Of a DNA stretch of 64,000 bases, positions 8,946 through 17,426 are shown piece after piece. The notes under the pieces are model-generated. The model was not told the DNA's origin. It ran no database searches and saw only the letters and a program-made list of their open reading frames with translations. How positions within the stretch are numbered: the stretch's first letter is position 1; each line of letters opens with the position of its first letter. The translations under genes and the position numbers were made by a program. Origin of the DNA: an uncultured virus (IMG/VR IMGVR_UViG_3300024264_000022) (taxonomy: Duplodnaviria; Heunggongvirae; Uroviricota; Caudoviricetes); IMG/VR virus record IMGVR_UViG_3300024264_000022. One strand, given 5' to 3'.

Positions 8946-10419
8946 TGTTCATCTCCACGTTATGTATTTCATAATCAAAGTCTTCGCCGCTGTATATATT
9001 TATCCGTTCTCTAAAGTGAGCCAGAGTGTAATTCTCTTTCTCATTGTGTGTCAAATCATCTGCAATATCATATAACGTAGCGTGTGTATTATCGTCTTTT
9101 AAACGGAGACCTCTACCAATTGATTGCAAGTTTCTTATCCTGGATTTACTAGGACTAGCAAAAATAATGTTATGCAAATTCCTAATGTTAATGCCGGTAG
9201 AGAAAGTCCCATAACTCGCAACGATAATAGCATTGTCAGCCTTTTCTGTAAGTTCTCTAATTTTTTCTCTTTGTTCAGTTTCAACACCTCCGTGAACATA
9301 GAAAACTTGTTTGTCTTCAGCTTTTTGTTTGATTGATTCATAAAGGTCCTTTCCGTGTTTTTCTACATATTGAAACAAACACAATGTATTACCTTGTAGA
9401 CCAGAGGCCAAGTTTCTTATATACTTGTTTCTCTTCTCATTGGTTACAATAAAATCCATTTCTTCTTGATATGTTTTACCTTTTAAAAATTCTCTTTCTT
9501 GTTTACCGTGTTTTAATACTAAACAGTATATTTTAAGCTCTGCAAGTTTACCTTTCTCTTGCAATTCACTTGTAGATATAACTTTATTTACAGCACCAAA
9601 TAGTCCTTCTAAAACAAGTTTGTGTGTTTTAGAACCATCTAATGTACCTGTCATACCAACTCTATATGGGCACTTAATAAGTTTAGACATTATTTTGGTT
9701 AATGAAAGTGCTTTGAATAAGTGTGCTTCATCACCTATAATCATACCATATTGTTGAAACCATTTTTTAGGTAGATTGTATATTGATTGCCAAGTAGATA
9801 TTACAACTCTTTTGTGGGTATCTTTATCGTGACCTTGATAGATTCTATGTACATTACTTTCAGGTGACCAACCATAATCTTTAAAGTCTTTAAACAATTG
9901 TTCAACCAGAGAAGTAGTAGGTACGATAATTAATATTTTTTTCTTTTCTTCTTTTAGTCTTAACATATTGAATCTTACCAACAAGTAAGTAATTAAAGAT
10001 TTGCCAGAGGCAGTAGGTGACAACAACAAAGTTCTATTTTTTCTTGTTGCATAAATGAAGGCTTCTTTTTGATAATCTCTAACCTTAAATGGTATTTCTA
10101 ATGCTTGTATAAAACTATCTACTCTTTTCTCATCAACTTTAGTATCAGTTATTTTTGTTGCGTCAACAACTTCAACTTCATTGTCTTGACACCACTTTAA
10201 AATGTAAGGATATAAACCTGCATATATTTGACCTGTCTGATAAGAAAATAATCTAATTTTACCGTCCCATTGTCTAGCCCTATATTGTGGCATAAACTTA
10301 AAACCAGGCACTTCAAAGGTAAAGAATTCTCCTAAATCTCTACGAATTGCCTCATCAGCTTCTATCTTTAGATGAACGTCATCTTTCTTGTCAATGACAA
10401 GGTATCTTATGTTTTTCAT
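8929..10419 (-). CDS. uvsW: RNA-DNA/DNA helicase UvsW
   Basis: SPTASGKS, DEAH and QSIGRGLR SF2 motifs. Confidence 0.95.
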   Translation of the reverse strand: MKNIRYLVIDKKDDVHLKIEADEAIRRDLGEFFTFEVPGFKFMPQYRARQWDGKIRLFSYQTGQIYAGLYPYILKWCQDNEVEVVDATKITDTKVDEKRVDSFIQALEIPFKVRDYQKEAFIYATRKNRTLLLSPTASGKSLITYLLVRFNMLRLKEEKKKILIIVPTTSLVEQLFKDFKDYGWSPESNVHRIYQGHDKDTHKRVVISTWQSIYNLPKKWFQQYGMIIGDEAHLFKALSLTKIMSKLIKCPYRVGMTGTLDGSKTHKLVLEGLFGAVNKVISTSELQEKGKLAELKIYCLVLKHGKQEREFLKGKTYQEEMDFIVTNEKRNKYIRNLASGLQGNTLCLFQYVEKHGKDLYESIKQKAEDKQVFYVHGGVETEQREKIRELTEKADNAIIVASYGTFSTGINIRNLHNIIFASPSKSRIRNLQSIGRGLRLKDDNTHATLYDIADDLTHNEKENYTLAHFRERINIYSGEDFDYEIHNVEMNNAPTN

Positions 10420-10421
10420 TA

Positions 10422-10850
10422 TTAAATGGCACCGGATGTAAACTTACGCCACTCAATTGCATTTTTTATTGTAAAGGTTCTATTTGAAATTTGTCTAATA
10501 GTTCTATCTAAAAAATCTATGGTAGTTTGTAAGTAATCTACTTTTTGTTTTGCACGTTGAATATCTGTATCTGATTCAAGATACTTGTCAACATCTTGTC
10601 TTAATAATTTAAAGTTAAAAGGTTTCTCTGCATATACTGAAGCTTCTGATTTGCCTGTGTAATATTCCCACTTCTCTCTTTTGATGGAGTGAAGTTCAGA
10701 CTCGGCTCTACTCAACATAAGTTTATACTTTGTTAAGTGTTTCATATATTGGTTGTGTAATTGGGGAGTTTTTAAAGATTCTAAATCTAATTCAGTCTCA
10801 TTTAGTTTTAAATCTTTATCAACTTGTTCTTGTAATTTTTCTAAATCCAT
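10422..10850 (-). CDS. uvsY: Recombination mediator UvsY
   Basis: KWEYYTGK...IKNAIEWRKF; directly upstream of uvsW. Confidence 0.9.
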   Translation of the reverse strand: MDLEKLQEQVDKDLKLNETELDLESLKTPQLHNQYMKHLTKYKLMLSRAESELHSIKREKWEYYTGKSEASVYAEKPFNFKLLRQDVDKYLESDTDIQRAKQKVDYLQTTIDFLDRTIRQISNRTFTIKNAIEWRKFTSGAI

Positions 10851-10895
10851 AATGTATCCAATCTATCATAATTTATTAAAAAAGTAAAGCGTGGT

Positions 10896-11519
10896 TTAAG
10901 TTACAATAGTAGAAGTCTTGCCACCTTTTACAGCGAATTCATATATTTTGTACTGAAAGGTAACAGTAGCAGATAAGTAATCAACATCCATACCTTGTTG
11001 GTTGAAACTCAACCCACTCAATGATACCGGAAATACATCACTAAATCTCACTTCAATATTAGCTCTATTCTTACTTGACAATACGTTTAAGGTTGCGTCT
11101 GAAAACACAGGACCTAATGGCACAGGACCACCTGTTACCTTACCGGGGTCTGTATTTGTTTGACTAGAACCTTGTAATGGGAATCTATCAGAACCAGAGG
11201 CTACAATATCTCTAAATTGAGTTCTTGAAGCTGGAAATCCTAAACCCATTAACCAACCGTGTATCTCTCTATAATTTTCTAAATTTTCATCAACCATAAA
11301 AGTACATTCTAGGTTTTCAAAATTTATCTTTTCACCAGGAATAGGTATGTCTGCAAGTGGTGTCATTTGTTTAATTGAAGATAAACTAACTCCAGGTATA
11401 TTAGCTGCTGTACAGAAATATTCCACCTTTGGCAGTTTGATAATACTAAATTTAAACTGCGCCGGAGACGCTAAGTCTAATTTAGTTGGTTGTCTTGATA
11501 ATGCATTTGTAGTTGTCAT
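10896..11519 (-). CDS. gp3: Tail tube terminator / tail completion protein (gp3, gp19-like fold)
   Basis: PKVEYFC..ANIPG...FMVDENLENYREIHGW...SDATL...FPVSLSGL.F; late promoter upstream; precedes uvsY. Confidence 0.8.
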   Translation of the reverse strand: MTTTNALSRQPTKLDLASPAQFKFSIIKLPKVEYFCTAANIPGVSLSSIKQMTPLADIPIPGEKINFENLECTFMVDENLENYREIHGWLMGLGFPASRTQFRDIVASGSDRFPLQGSSQTNTDPGKVTGGPVPLGPVFSDATLNVLSSKNRANIEVRFSDVFPVSLSGLSFNQQGMDVDYLSATVTFQYKIYEFAVKGGKTSTIVT

Positions 11520-11524
11520 ACTAC

Positions 11525-11532
11525 TATTTATA
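11525..11532 (-). promoter_or_regulatory. T4 late promoter TATAAATA
   Basis: Exact consensus just upstream of the gp3 start. Confidence 0.75.
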
Positions 11533-12105
11533 CTAGTTAATAGGCTGTGTTCCTGGCTCAGGTAATACGAAATCTTTTGGTGGCATTTTCAACGTTTTCT
11601 TTTCAGTATTGTATATAGGTATATCAGGATTTTCTTTTACCCATTCTTTTTTAGATTTGTCCCAAGCTGGCTCTTCTTCTTTTACTCTTTTAGGAGTTGC
11701 TCTTAAACCTTTACAATGTTTTTCTACCGTTGCAAATTGTGGTGGTAGAGGTCTGTCTGCATATCTTTGACAAACTTTAAGCATTTCTAGTTCTTGTCTT
11801 AAATTTTCATTCTCTAATAATATTTTGTTTTGTTCATCACACATCTTTTTAGATACACCAAGATACTTACGAAAGGTTAATGATAATCTATTATTTTCTG
11901 TTTCATAATCACTATTGCCATAAATGTAATCAGTATCACCTCTATCAGTTTCAATCCGAACATCCATATCACCGTATCTACAACTATTAGAATAAGAGTT
12001 TAGGTATTCATTTCTTGCTTGTGCTGGTTTCATAAACACAGCCATAAGCGTTAATAGGGCAAGAAGTAAAAAAGTGAACCGTAAGTCCATCCTCAGCACT
12101 TCCAT
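11533..12105 (-). CDS. Hypothetical exported protein
   Basis: N-terminal hydrophobic signal-like segment ending AQA; four Cys. Confidence 0.6.
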   Translation of the reverse strand: MEVLRMDLRFTFLLLALLTLMAVFMKPAQARNEYLNSYSNSCRYGDMDVRIETDRGDTDYIYGNSDYETENNRLSLTFRKYLGVSKKMCDEQNKILLENENLRQELEMLKVCQRYADRPLPPQFATVEKHCKGLRATPKRVKEEEPAWDKSKKEWVKENPDIPIYNTEKKTLKMPPKDFVLPEPGTQPIN

Positions 12106-12106
12106 A

Positions 12107-12421
12107 TTAGTTACCGTTCACATCACGGTTAAGGTCTTTGATGTCCCACGCCTGGTCTCTAACTTTTTCTGCTAGTTCTCTATATAGATTTTCTGCCATC
12201 TCCCAAGTACCTTCTGCTCTGGATAGACGCTGTTTTAAATCTGTATTTGAGTCATTAACAACTTTTAAGTCTCTTTGTAAGTTAGTTAATGCTGATGAAT
12301 TTGCGTTTATAGTATCTGTAAGATTAATTACATATTTGATACCTGTAAATGACCCAACTAATATTGAGGCAACGACTGGTATCATTACTATATTCTTTTT
12401 AAGTAAATCTGTTAATTGCAT
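12107..12421 (-). CDS. Hypothetical membrane-anchored coiled-coil protein
   Basis: N-terminal TM segment followed by heptad-rich sequence. Confidence 0.6.
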   Translation of the reverse strand: MQLTDLLKKNIVMIPVVASILVGSFTGIKYVINLTDTINANSSALTNLQRDLKVVNDSNTDLKQRLSRAEGTWEMAENLYRELAEKVRDQAWDIKDLNRDVNGN

Positions 12422-12481
12422 AAGTTCCTTTTAATGCAATTCAATATGTGATGTAGAATAATGTAGTGGTTTGTTTAGAAG

Positions 12482-12489
12482 TATTTATA
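12482..12489 (-). promoter_or_regulatory. T4 late promoter TATAAATA
   Basis: Exact consensus immediately after the gp32 terminator. Confidence 0.7.
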
Positions 12490-12490
12490 A

Positions 12491-12516
12491 GAACAAAGGG
12501 GTCCAGAAAGGACCCC
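12491..12516 (-). terminator. Rho-independent terminator after gp32
   Basis: GGGGTCC-TTTCT-GGACCCC stem followed by TTTGTTC. Confidence 0.8.
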
Positions 12517-12548
12517 AATGCCATTAAAGTAATGTGGAAAGAGAGAGA

Positions 12549-13457
12549 TTATTCGTCTTCAGCGAGTTTTGAAAAGTAAGATAATGTATCATCATCTTCA
12601 ACGCTAGACGCCTCATTACTTTGAACCGAAGCAGGCGCACTAGGTGTCGCAGCTGCACTACTAGTAGTAGGTGGGAGGTCTATCTCACTAGCAGTCTCGG
12701 TATTCTTTGAACCAGCAACCACACGATTAAACTTCTCTTTAAGTTCATCATAAGATTTAAAATTTGCTGCTTCTAGGAATGCTTTAAGAGGATATTGTTT
12801 ATTCCAGATACCTTTGATGACTTCATCATCTGTAGTAATTGGACTAACAGCCTCAAATTCGGATTTATCGTAATTCCAGAAACCATCAACTTTTCTGATT
12901 TTCAGTTTAAAGTTTGCACCTGTCCAGAAATCAAATGGGTTAATTGGTTTTTCATCTTCAAACGCCGGTTGCATTGCTTCTGTAATCTTATCAAAAATCT
13001 TTTTACCGAATTTAAATAAGAAAACTTTACCTTCGTTTTCAGGATGCTTGGGATCACTCACAACATAGATGTTTGAGTAGTATGATAATTTTCTTTTTCT
13101 CTTACGAGCAATCTCTTTATCACTATCTACACCTGTGTTCCATAATATAGTATTCTCTTCTGACACAGGGTCTTTCTGACCTAATGTAGTTAGAGAGTTT
13201 TCAATATACCATCCGCCAGGTCCTTGAAAAGCGTGAGACCATACTCTTGCCCACGGCATTTCTTCTTTTTGAGGTGCTGGTAAGAATCTTAACACAGCAT
13301 AACCATTACCAGTTTTATCTAGTTCAGGTTTCCACAATCTGTCGTCTTGGTATTTGTTTTTAGTTTTAGCATTATCCTCAGGATTGAGGTTTGCTTCTAT
13401 TTGTTTCGTCAATTTGTCAAAATTACTTTGACTATTCTTTAGATTTTCAAAATCCAT
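12549..13457 (-). CDS. gp32: Single-stranded DNA-binding protein
   Basis: DKTGNGYAVLRFLP, WSHAFQGPGGWYIENS, FDFWTGANFKLKI, acidic tail. Confidence 0.95.
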   Translation of the reverse strand: MDFENLKNSQSNFDKLTKQIEANLNPEDNAKTKNKYQDDRLWKPELDKTGNGYAVLRFLPAPQKEEMPWARVWSHAFQGPGGWYIENSLTTLGQKDPVSEENTILWNTGVDSDKEIARKRKRKLSYYSNIYVVSDPKHPENEGKVFLFKFGKKIFDKITEAMQPAFEDEKPINPFDFWTGANFKLKIRKVDGFWNYDKSEFEAVSPITTDDEVIKGIWNKQYPLKAFLEAANFKSYDELKEKFNRVVAGSKNTETASEIDLPPTTSSAAATPSAPASVQSNEASSVEDDDTLSYFSKLAEDE

Positions 13458-13469
13458 AGTTTATTCTCC

Positions 13470-13500
13470 TTGTATTATCGTATTGTTGTATTATCGTATT
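13470..13500 (-). repeat. Two 15-nt direct repeats in the gp32 leader
   Basis: AATACGATAATACAA twice (13486-13500 and 13470-13484), abutting the AAGGAG SD. Confidence 0.75.
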
Positions 13501-13525
13501 TTTGTATGTATAATAATATATGTTA

Positions 13526-13675
13526 TTATTTATGCTTCTTTTTCCACTCATTATAACCTTTTATCCACTTATCTTTACACTCATTAGGAAGACTTCTCTC
13601 CTTATAACAAGTTCGTAAAGTTTCAGCAGTTTTCACAATAGTATCTAAAATACCATAAACAATTTTATCAAACAT
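13526..13675 (-). CDS. Small hypothetical protein (49 aa)
   Basis: Own translation MFDKIVYGILDTIVKTAETLRTCYKERSLPNECKDKWIKGYNEWKKKHK; ATG lies 7 nt below a TATAAT box. Confidence 0.55.
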   Translation of the reverse strand: MFDKIVYGILDTIVKTAETLRTCYKERSLPNECKDKWIKGYNEWKKKHK

Positions 13676-13682
13676 AAGTCTC

Positions 13683-13713
13683 ATTATACACTTTCTTTAT
13701 TCTTTTGTCAAGC
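13683..13713 (-). promoter_or_regulatory. sigma70-type early promoter
   Basis: GCTTGACA-17 bp-TATAAT. Confidence 0.8.
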
Positions 13714-14028
13714 ACCTGTATAAGCATTTATAATGCCCATAGCAAATATAGCAATCGCTACTCCATTTAACATAATCAATGCTCTATCGTGCCATAACAT
13801 ACCTACTATTAACCAACCTATTACACCTACAAAGTGAAAATAGAGGTTTAATGGGTGTATATTAGTTGCCGTTAGAACCATTCCAATGAGAATAATAACA
13901 CTAGAAAGCCATTTAATGTACCACGATAAATCACCTTTTGGTGTTATCTTTTTAAATACTCTGGTACTATTTAATTCTTTAATCTTATCGTCAAGTTTCT
14001 TTTTATATTCCTCAGTCATACTACTCAA
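13708..14028 (-). CDS. Small three-TM membrane protein (DUF6552-like)
   Basis: WYIKW.SS...G...P.N......G..GW..VG.LW.D.ALI.LN pattern. Confidence 0.65.
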   Translation of the reverse strand: MSSMTEEYKKKLDDKIKELNSTRVFKKITPKGDLSWYIKWLSSVIILIGMVLTATNIHPLNLYFHFVGVIGWLIVGMLWHDRALIMLNGVAIAIFAMGIINAYTGA

Positions 14029-14630
14029 TTAAATATCTCTTTCATTATCAGTTTTGTTTCTGTTCTATTGTACCGTAAGAACGGTGCAAACTTCTTTAGT
14101 CGTTTAGCATAGATAGGCCAAACTACTTTTTCCTCAATCTCTTTATTCCATTTTCTAGTGAATCCCAATAACTCTTCAAAGACCACAAAAGTTTCATTAC
14201 ATATTTGTTTAGATAGTAGAAGTTTGAAAAAGATTGGATGTTGACCTCCATTAACCATAAAAAGGTCATCAAAAGACAAGCGCTTATTATCCATATTATT
14301 CCTAATACTATTACACTCATTCCTAAACTGATAAGTAAAACTATCTTTACGCTTCTTGTAATCAAAGTATATATCGTGGCCATCAGACTTAGCAAGATTG
14401 CCAATCCAGGCTTTATCTTGGTGTAGAAAGTTTGACACAAAGAAGTCAACTGCTTCTTCTGCGTTATATTTTTTAGAAAGTTTGTGAAAGAAGTATTTGT
14501 CATTTCGTTTTGTAAATGTTTCTAATTTGCAATTGACTTTACCTCCATATGTGATATAGTCGTATGTGTTGGTAGTAAAGTGAAGTTTAATACCCAACCA
14601 AATTTTAAATACATCAAATCCTCCATACAT
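14025..14630 (-). CDS. gp59: Helicase loader
   Basis: IKLHFT...YDY..YGGK...F.KRND.YFF.KL; lies between gp33 and gp32. Confidence 0.88.
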   Translation of the reverse strand: MYGGFDVFKIWLGIKLHFTTNTYDYITYGGKVNCKLETFTKRNDKYFFHKLSKKYNAEEAVDFFVSNFLHQDKAWIGNLAKSDGHDIYFDYKKRKDSFTYQFRNECNSIRNNMDNKRLSFDDLFMVNGGQHPIFFKLLLSKQICNETFVVFEELLGFTRKWNKEIEEKVVWPIYAKRLKKFAPFLRYNRTETKLIMKEIFN

Positions 14631-14839
14631 TATACAGGTAGTTCGCTTGTTTTAGGTAACAGATTTAACTGCTGACACTCTAAAGCAACCTTCTCTTTTA
14701 ATGCTTTGTTAATTAATGGACCGACCGTTGCTGTGTCAATCTCTCTTTCTTCGCAATAAAGAACGATAGCATCCATATAAGATGTTCTCTTCTCTTTTTT
14801 GAAGGCTTCTATTTCTAAACTAAATTGTTTGCTATTCAT
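14630..14839 (-). CDS. gp33: Late promoter transcription co-activator
   Basis: FSLEIE...YMDAIV.YCEE..ID...LI...LKEK...LN.LP. Confidence 0.85.
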   Translation of the reverse strand: MNSKQFSLEIEAFKKEKRTSYMDAIVLYCEEREIDTATVGPLINKALKEKVALECQQLNLLPKTSELPV

Positions 14840-14845
14840 ATTATC

Positions 14846-14876
14846 ACTATACTATAATTAAAGGGGTTTGTCAAGC
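14846..14876 (-). promoter_or_regulatory. sigma70-type promoter for gp33-gp59, likely leaderless transcript
   Basis: GCTTGACA-17 bp-TATAGT; ATG 6 nt downstream; no SD. Confidence 0.7.
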
Positions 14877-15143
14877 ACTAACACCAGGTTTCTGTTCGTA
14901 TTGGTCCATAAATTCTTTTGCGTCTTCTTCAGGCATTTCAGCACAACCTATGTTGATTACCTGTGAAGTATCACCTTCTTCTTTTAACTTGTGCATAAGA
15001 CCAAAAACTAATTCGTTATTATTTCCTTGAACAAAGCTCATACACTCTGGCAGACTATCAAACTTATAAGCAGCGTGATGTCTAGGAAAAGTTTCTCCTT
15101 CTGCGTTTAGTAGAATTGCTACAATTAAAAATACCGTTTTCAT
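14871..15143 (-). CDS. Hypothetical protein
   Basis: ORF with AAAGGAG SD, hydrophobic N-terminus and a Cys pair. Confidence 0.6.
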   Translation of the reverse strand: MKTVFLIVAILLNAEGETFPRHHAAYKFDSLPECMSFVQGNNNELVFGLMHKLKEEGDTSQVINIGCAEMPEEDAKEFMDQYEQKPGVSA

Positions 15144-15157
15144 TTTTCGCTCCTTTG

Positions 15158-15455
15158 AAAACGAGAAGTTTCTGTTGCCAAGTACCTCTCAAACTCCGTT
15201 ACCTATTAACTAGGCAGCAAGGGCAAAATTTGCTTCGCCATTTAAAATGCGTTTGAGTTCGCCAACTATTAATCTCCAATGGGTCATCTGCGTCTGTCAA
15301 TCCTAACACACCCCCCATAAAAACACTAGCGATACTTACGCCACAGATATAACCAATACTTTAACATAGCAGTTCTCCTTCTACTAGTGTGTTTATGGTG
15401 GAGGTGTCGGGAGTTGCACCCGAGTCCAGTCCGGTTATTACACCACCATCAACAA
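15158..15455 (-). ncRNA. ssrA: Circularly permuted (two-piece) tmRNA
   Basis: Acceptor piece ends GGAC-TCGGG-TGCAACT-CCCGA-CACCTCC-A-CCA (3' end 15396). Coding piece starts GGGGGTG at 15315, giving G3-U70. Tag GGC GAA GCA AAT TTT GCC CTT GCT GCC TAG (15239-15210) reads GEANFALAA; terminal hairpin contains GGCAACAGAA. Outer ends approximate. Confidence 0.92.
15326..15367 (-). CDS. Putative 13-aa peptide MLKYWLYLWRKYR inside the tmRNA intervening sequence
   Basis: AGAAGGAGA SD upstream of ATG 15367; TAG at 15328-15326. Confidence 0.45.
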   Translation of the reverse strand: MLKYWLYLWRKYR

Positions 15456-15650
15456 TTAATCTTTTTTAATTTTTTCGCAAGTCTTCTCGTCTGCATTTAA
15501 ACCTGTTTCTTTTTCGTATAACCAAACATATGAGTAAACAACATTGTTGTCTTTCTCTACACATTTCTTACCAAAAGATACTCTAGGTTCATTAATAGCA
15601 CACGCACTTAATAGTCCTGCTAAAAAAATAATACTAATCAGTTTGTACAT
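15456..15650 (-). CDS. Small lipoprotein
   Basis: Lipobox LSAC after a hydrophobic stretch; second Cys pair. Confidence 0.65.
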   Translation of the reverse strand: MYKLISIIFLAGLLSACAINEPRVSFGKKCVEKDNNVVYSYVWLYEKETGLNADEKTCEKIKKD

Positions 15651-15963
15651 TTACTTCCTTGTAGTCAAATATTCCGTACACTATGCACTTTTCTCCTTGT
15701 GCTGGTGTCTCAATAATGGCCATCATTCTGCCATCTTCGTTTAACCAATGAGATATAGCAAATACTATATCACCATCAATACTGCCTCCGTTTCTACCTA
15801 ATCCAATACTATGTGGTTTCATTCCGTTTGCGTCTAAAAACTCGTTCATTTGAACGGCAGTAGTACACAACATAGGTGCTTGGCTCTGATAAAATATATT
15901 GTTGTCGGCACTTACATAATTACTTGTCATCAAAAACATAATAACGAGTAAAAATTTCTTCAT
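15634..15963 (-). CDS. Hypothetical exported protein
   Basis: MKK plus hydrophobic signal peptide; TATAAATA at 16032-16039 upstream. Confidence 0.6.
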   Translation of the reverse strand: MKKFLLVIMFLMTSNYVSADNNIFYQSQAPMLCTTAVQMNEFLDANGMKPHSIGLGRNGGSIDGDIVFAISHWLNEDGRMMAIIETPAQGEKCIVYGIFDYKEVNVQTD

Positions 15964-15997
15964 TGTTTCCTTTTGTTATAGAAACAATTAATGTAAA

Positions 15998-16687
15998 TTA
16001 TTTCGCTGTCTCTAACTTTTTGTTCTCGTAATATTTATAAAAGTTTTCAATTGATTCTTTCAATTGTGGTTTGTAATCTTCTGGTTTCTTAATCCACTCT
16101 TGCATAGAACCGTCTTCTCCTGCGATTAATATGACGATTTGTTCTATCGGTGTACCGAATATCTCCTCATACATAATTGCATAGGCAGTTGTCTGTAAAA
16201 AGTAGTTATCAATCCACTCTTCAATCTTTTCTTTGTTAGCAGTTTTGAAATCAATTACTGAAAGTTTGTCTCTATATTGAGCGATACAATCAACTTGACC
16301 TGCAAGTGTTAACTCTTTAGAGTACATAATCTCTTCAATCAAGTGTACATCACCAATGTTCTCTAGGTAGGGTCTCATTAACCTGAATAGACCAAGAGGT
16401 AGTACACCTCTTTCACTAGGTGTTTCACCTTTGATATAGTTCTCTACTAGATTATGAGTTGCTTTACCACGGTTTGCGGCTCTTCGCATTTCAAAGTTAG
16501 CGACATCTTCGCCGATACTTTCTCGCCACTTCTTTAGACCTTCTGTTTTTCTGATACCTAGAATAGAGGTTACAGAAGGATAGTTTTGTCCTTCAACTTC
16601 GTAAAAACGAATACCATTCTGTCTACGACCTTTTGTATTTGGTAGTAGGTCTTTGTTCAAATCAACAAACTTAAATTCTTTAGCCAT
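15998..16687 (-). CDS. PD-(D/E)XK exonuclease (Cas4/RecB-like) of T4-like phages
   Basis: YPSVTSIL, RG.ATH, E...AGQVDCI...IDFKT, YFLQ..AYA; promoter TTGACA-17-TATAAT at 16749-16721. Confidence 0.85.
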   Translation of the reverse strand: MAKEFKFVDLNKDLLPNTKGRRQNGIRFYEVEGQNYPSVTSILGIRKTEGLKKWRESIGEDVANFEMRRAANRGKATHNLVENYIKGETPSERGVLPLGLFRLMRPYLENIGDVHLIEEIMYSKELTLAGQVDCIAQYRDKLSVIDFKTANKEKIEEWIDNYFLQTTAYAIMYEEIFGTPIEQIVILIAGEDGSMQEWIKKPEDYKPQLKESIENFYKYYENKKLETAK

Positions 16688-16810
16688 TATATTAATCCTT
16701 ATCTTATTTAATTATCACTTATTATATCATCACACGATACATTTGTCAAGCACCTAACCTTTTTTAGCGTACATATTAATTATATCGTCTTTAGAAAACT
16801 CGCCGAGCGC

Positions 16811-17281
16811 TCACTCTGGTTTGTATTCTTCGTATTGTGTCTTACCTTGGTCGTTTCTAAATGCTCTTAAAGTCTGTTTTCTATTGTCTGTAGTAGACTT
16901 GTATGAGCAATGAATCCAACCGCTGTTAGGTTCATCTGTCTTATGGAACTCCAATATCAATTGGTCAAAATCTAAATTTTCAGATATCCATTTTGCTAGT
17001 TCAGCATTCGGTACCCCAAAAATTTCAAAATCGGCCGCTTGCCCTTTGGCGTGCTGTGAGTTAACACTACTTCCAATAGATACACATAATTCCTCACTTC
17101 GGAATCCGCTTGATACCGTTACCGGTGTAGCGTAATGGTCTCTTACTGGTTGTAAGATGTTTTCACATAACTTTTGCATAGCAGTAATTTGGTCGTCATT
17201 CGGATTATTATTAATACCTTTCCGTTCCGCTGTTTGCGAAGCAGTTAATTCCTTCAGACTAAAATTCTTACTTAATTTCAT
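16811..17281 (-). CDS. Peptidase M15 family peptidoglycan peptidase (endolysin candidate)
   Basis: LSKNFSLKEL, SSGFR, SQH.KGQAADF, FDQLILE, WIHCSY. Confidence 0.88.
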   Translation of the reverse strand: MKLSKNFSLKELTASQTAERKGINNNPNDDQITAMQKLCENILQPVRDHYATPVTVSSGFRSEELCVSIGSSVNSQHAKGQAADFEIFGVPNAELAKWISENLDFDQLILEFHKTDEPNSGWIHCSYKSTTDNRKQTLRAFRNDQGKTQYEEYKPE

Positions 17282-17423
17282 TTAATTTTTCCTTTGCCTT
17301 TAATTTAAGTTTCTTACCTTCTTTGAGTTGTTTCCAAGTCTCAAAACTTCTATCATTATTTCTTACTTGTTCTAATACATTCACTTCCTTTTTCAGTTCT
17401 TTGTGTGCCATTTTACTGGACAT
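17268..17423 (-). CDS. Small coiled-coil protein (DUF465-like)
   Basis: Own translation MSSKMAHKELKKEVNVLEQVR...LKEGKKLKLKAKEKLNEIK; fills the gap between neighbours. Confidence 0.55.
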   Translation of the reverse strand: MSSKMAHKELKKEVNVLEQVRNNDRSFETWKQLKEGKKLKLKAKEKLNEIK

Positions 17424-17426
17424 AAA

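Noticed and set aside
13470..13500. Direct repeats as a possible CRISPR array
   Set aside because: Only two 15-nt copies with a 1-nt gap; no spacers and no cas operon.
15396..15430. T-arm plus CCA as a tRNA fragment or prophage att site
   Set aside because: Explained by the permuted tmRNA, whose matching acceptor strand and tag are present; no integrase seen.
15998..16687. Exonuclease as CRISPR-associated Cas4
   Set aside because: No Fe-S cysteine cluster, array or other cas genes; it matches the usual T4-like exonuclease next to gp33.
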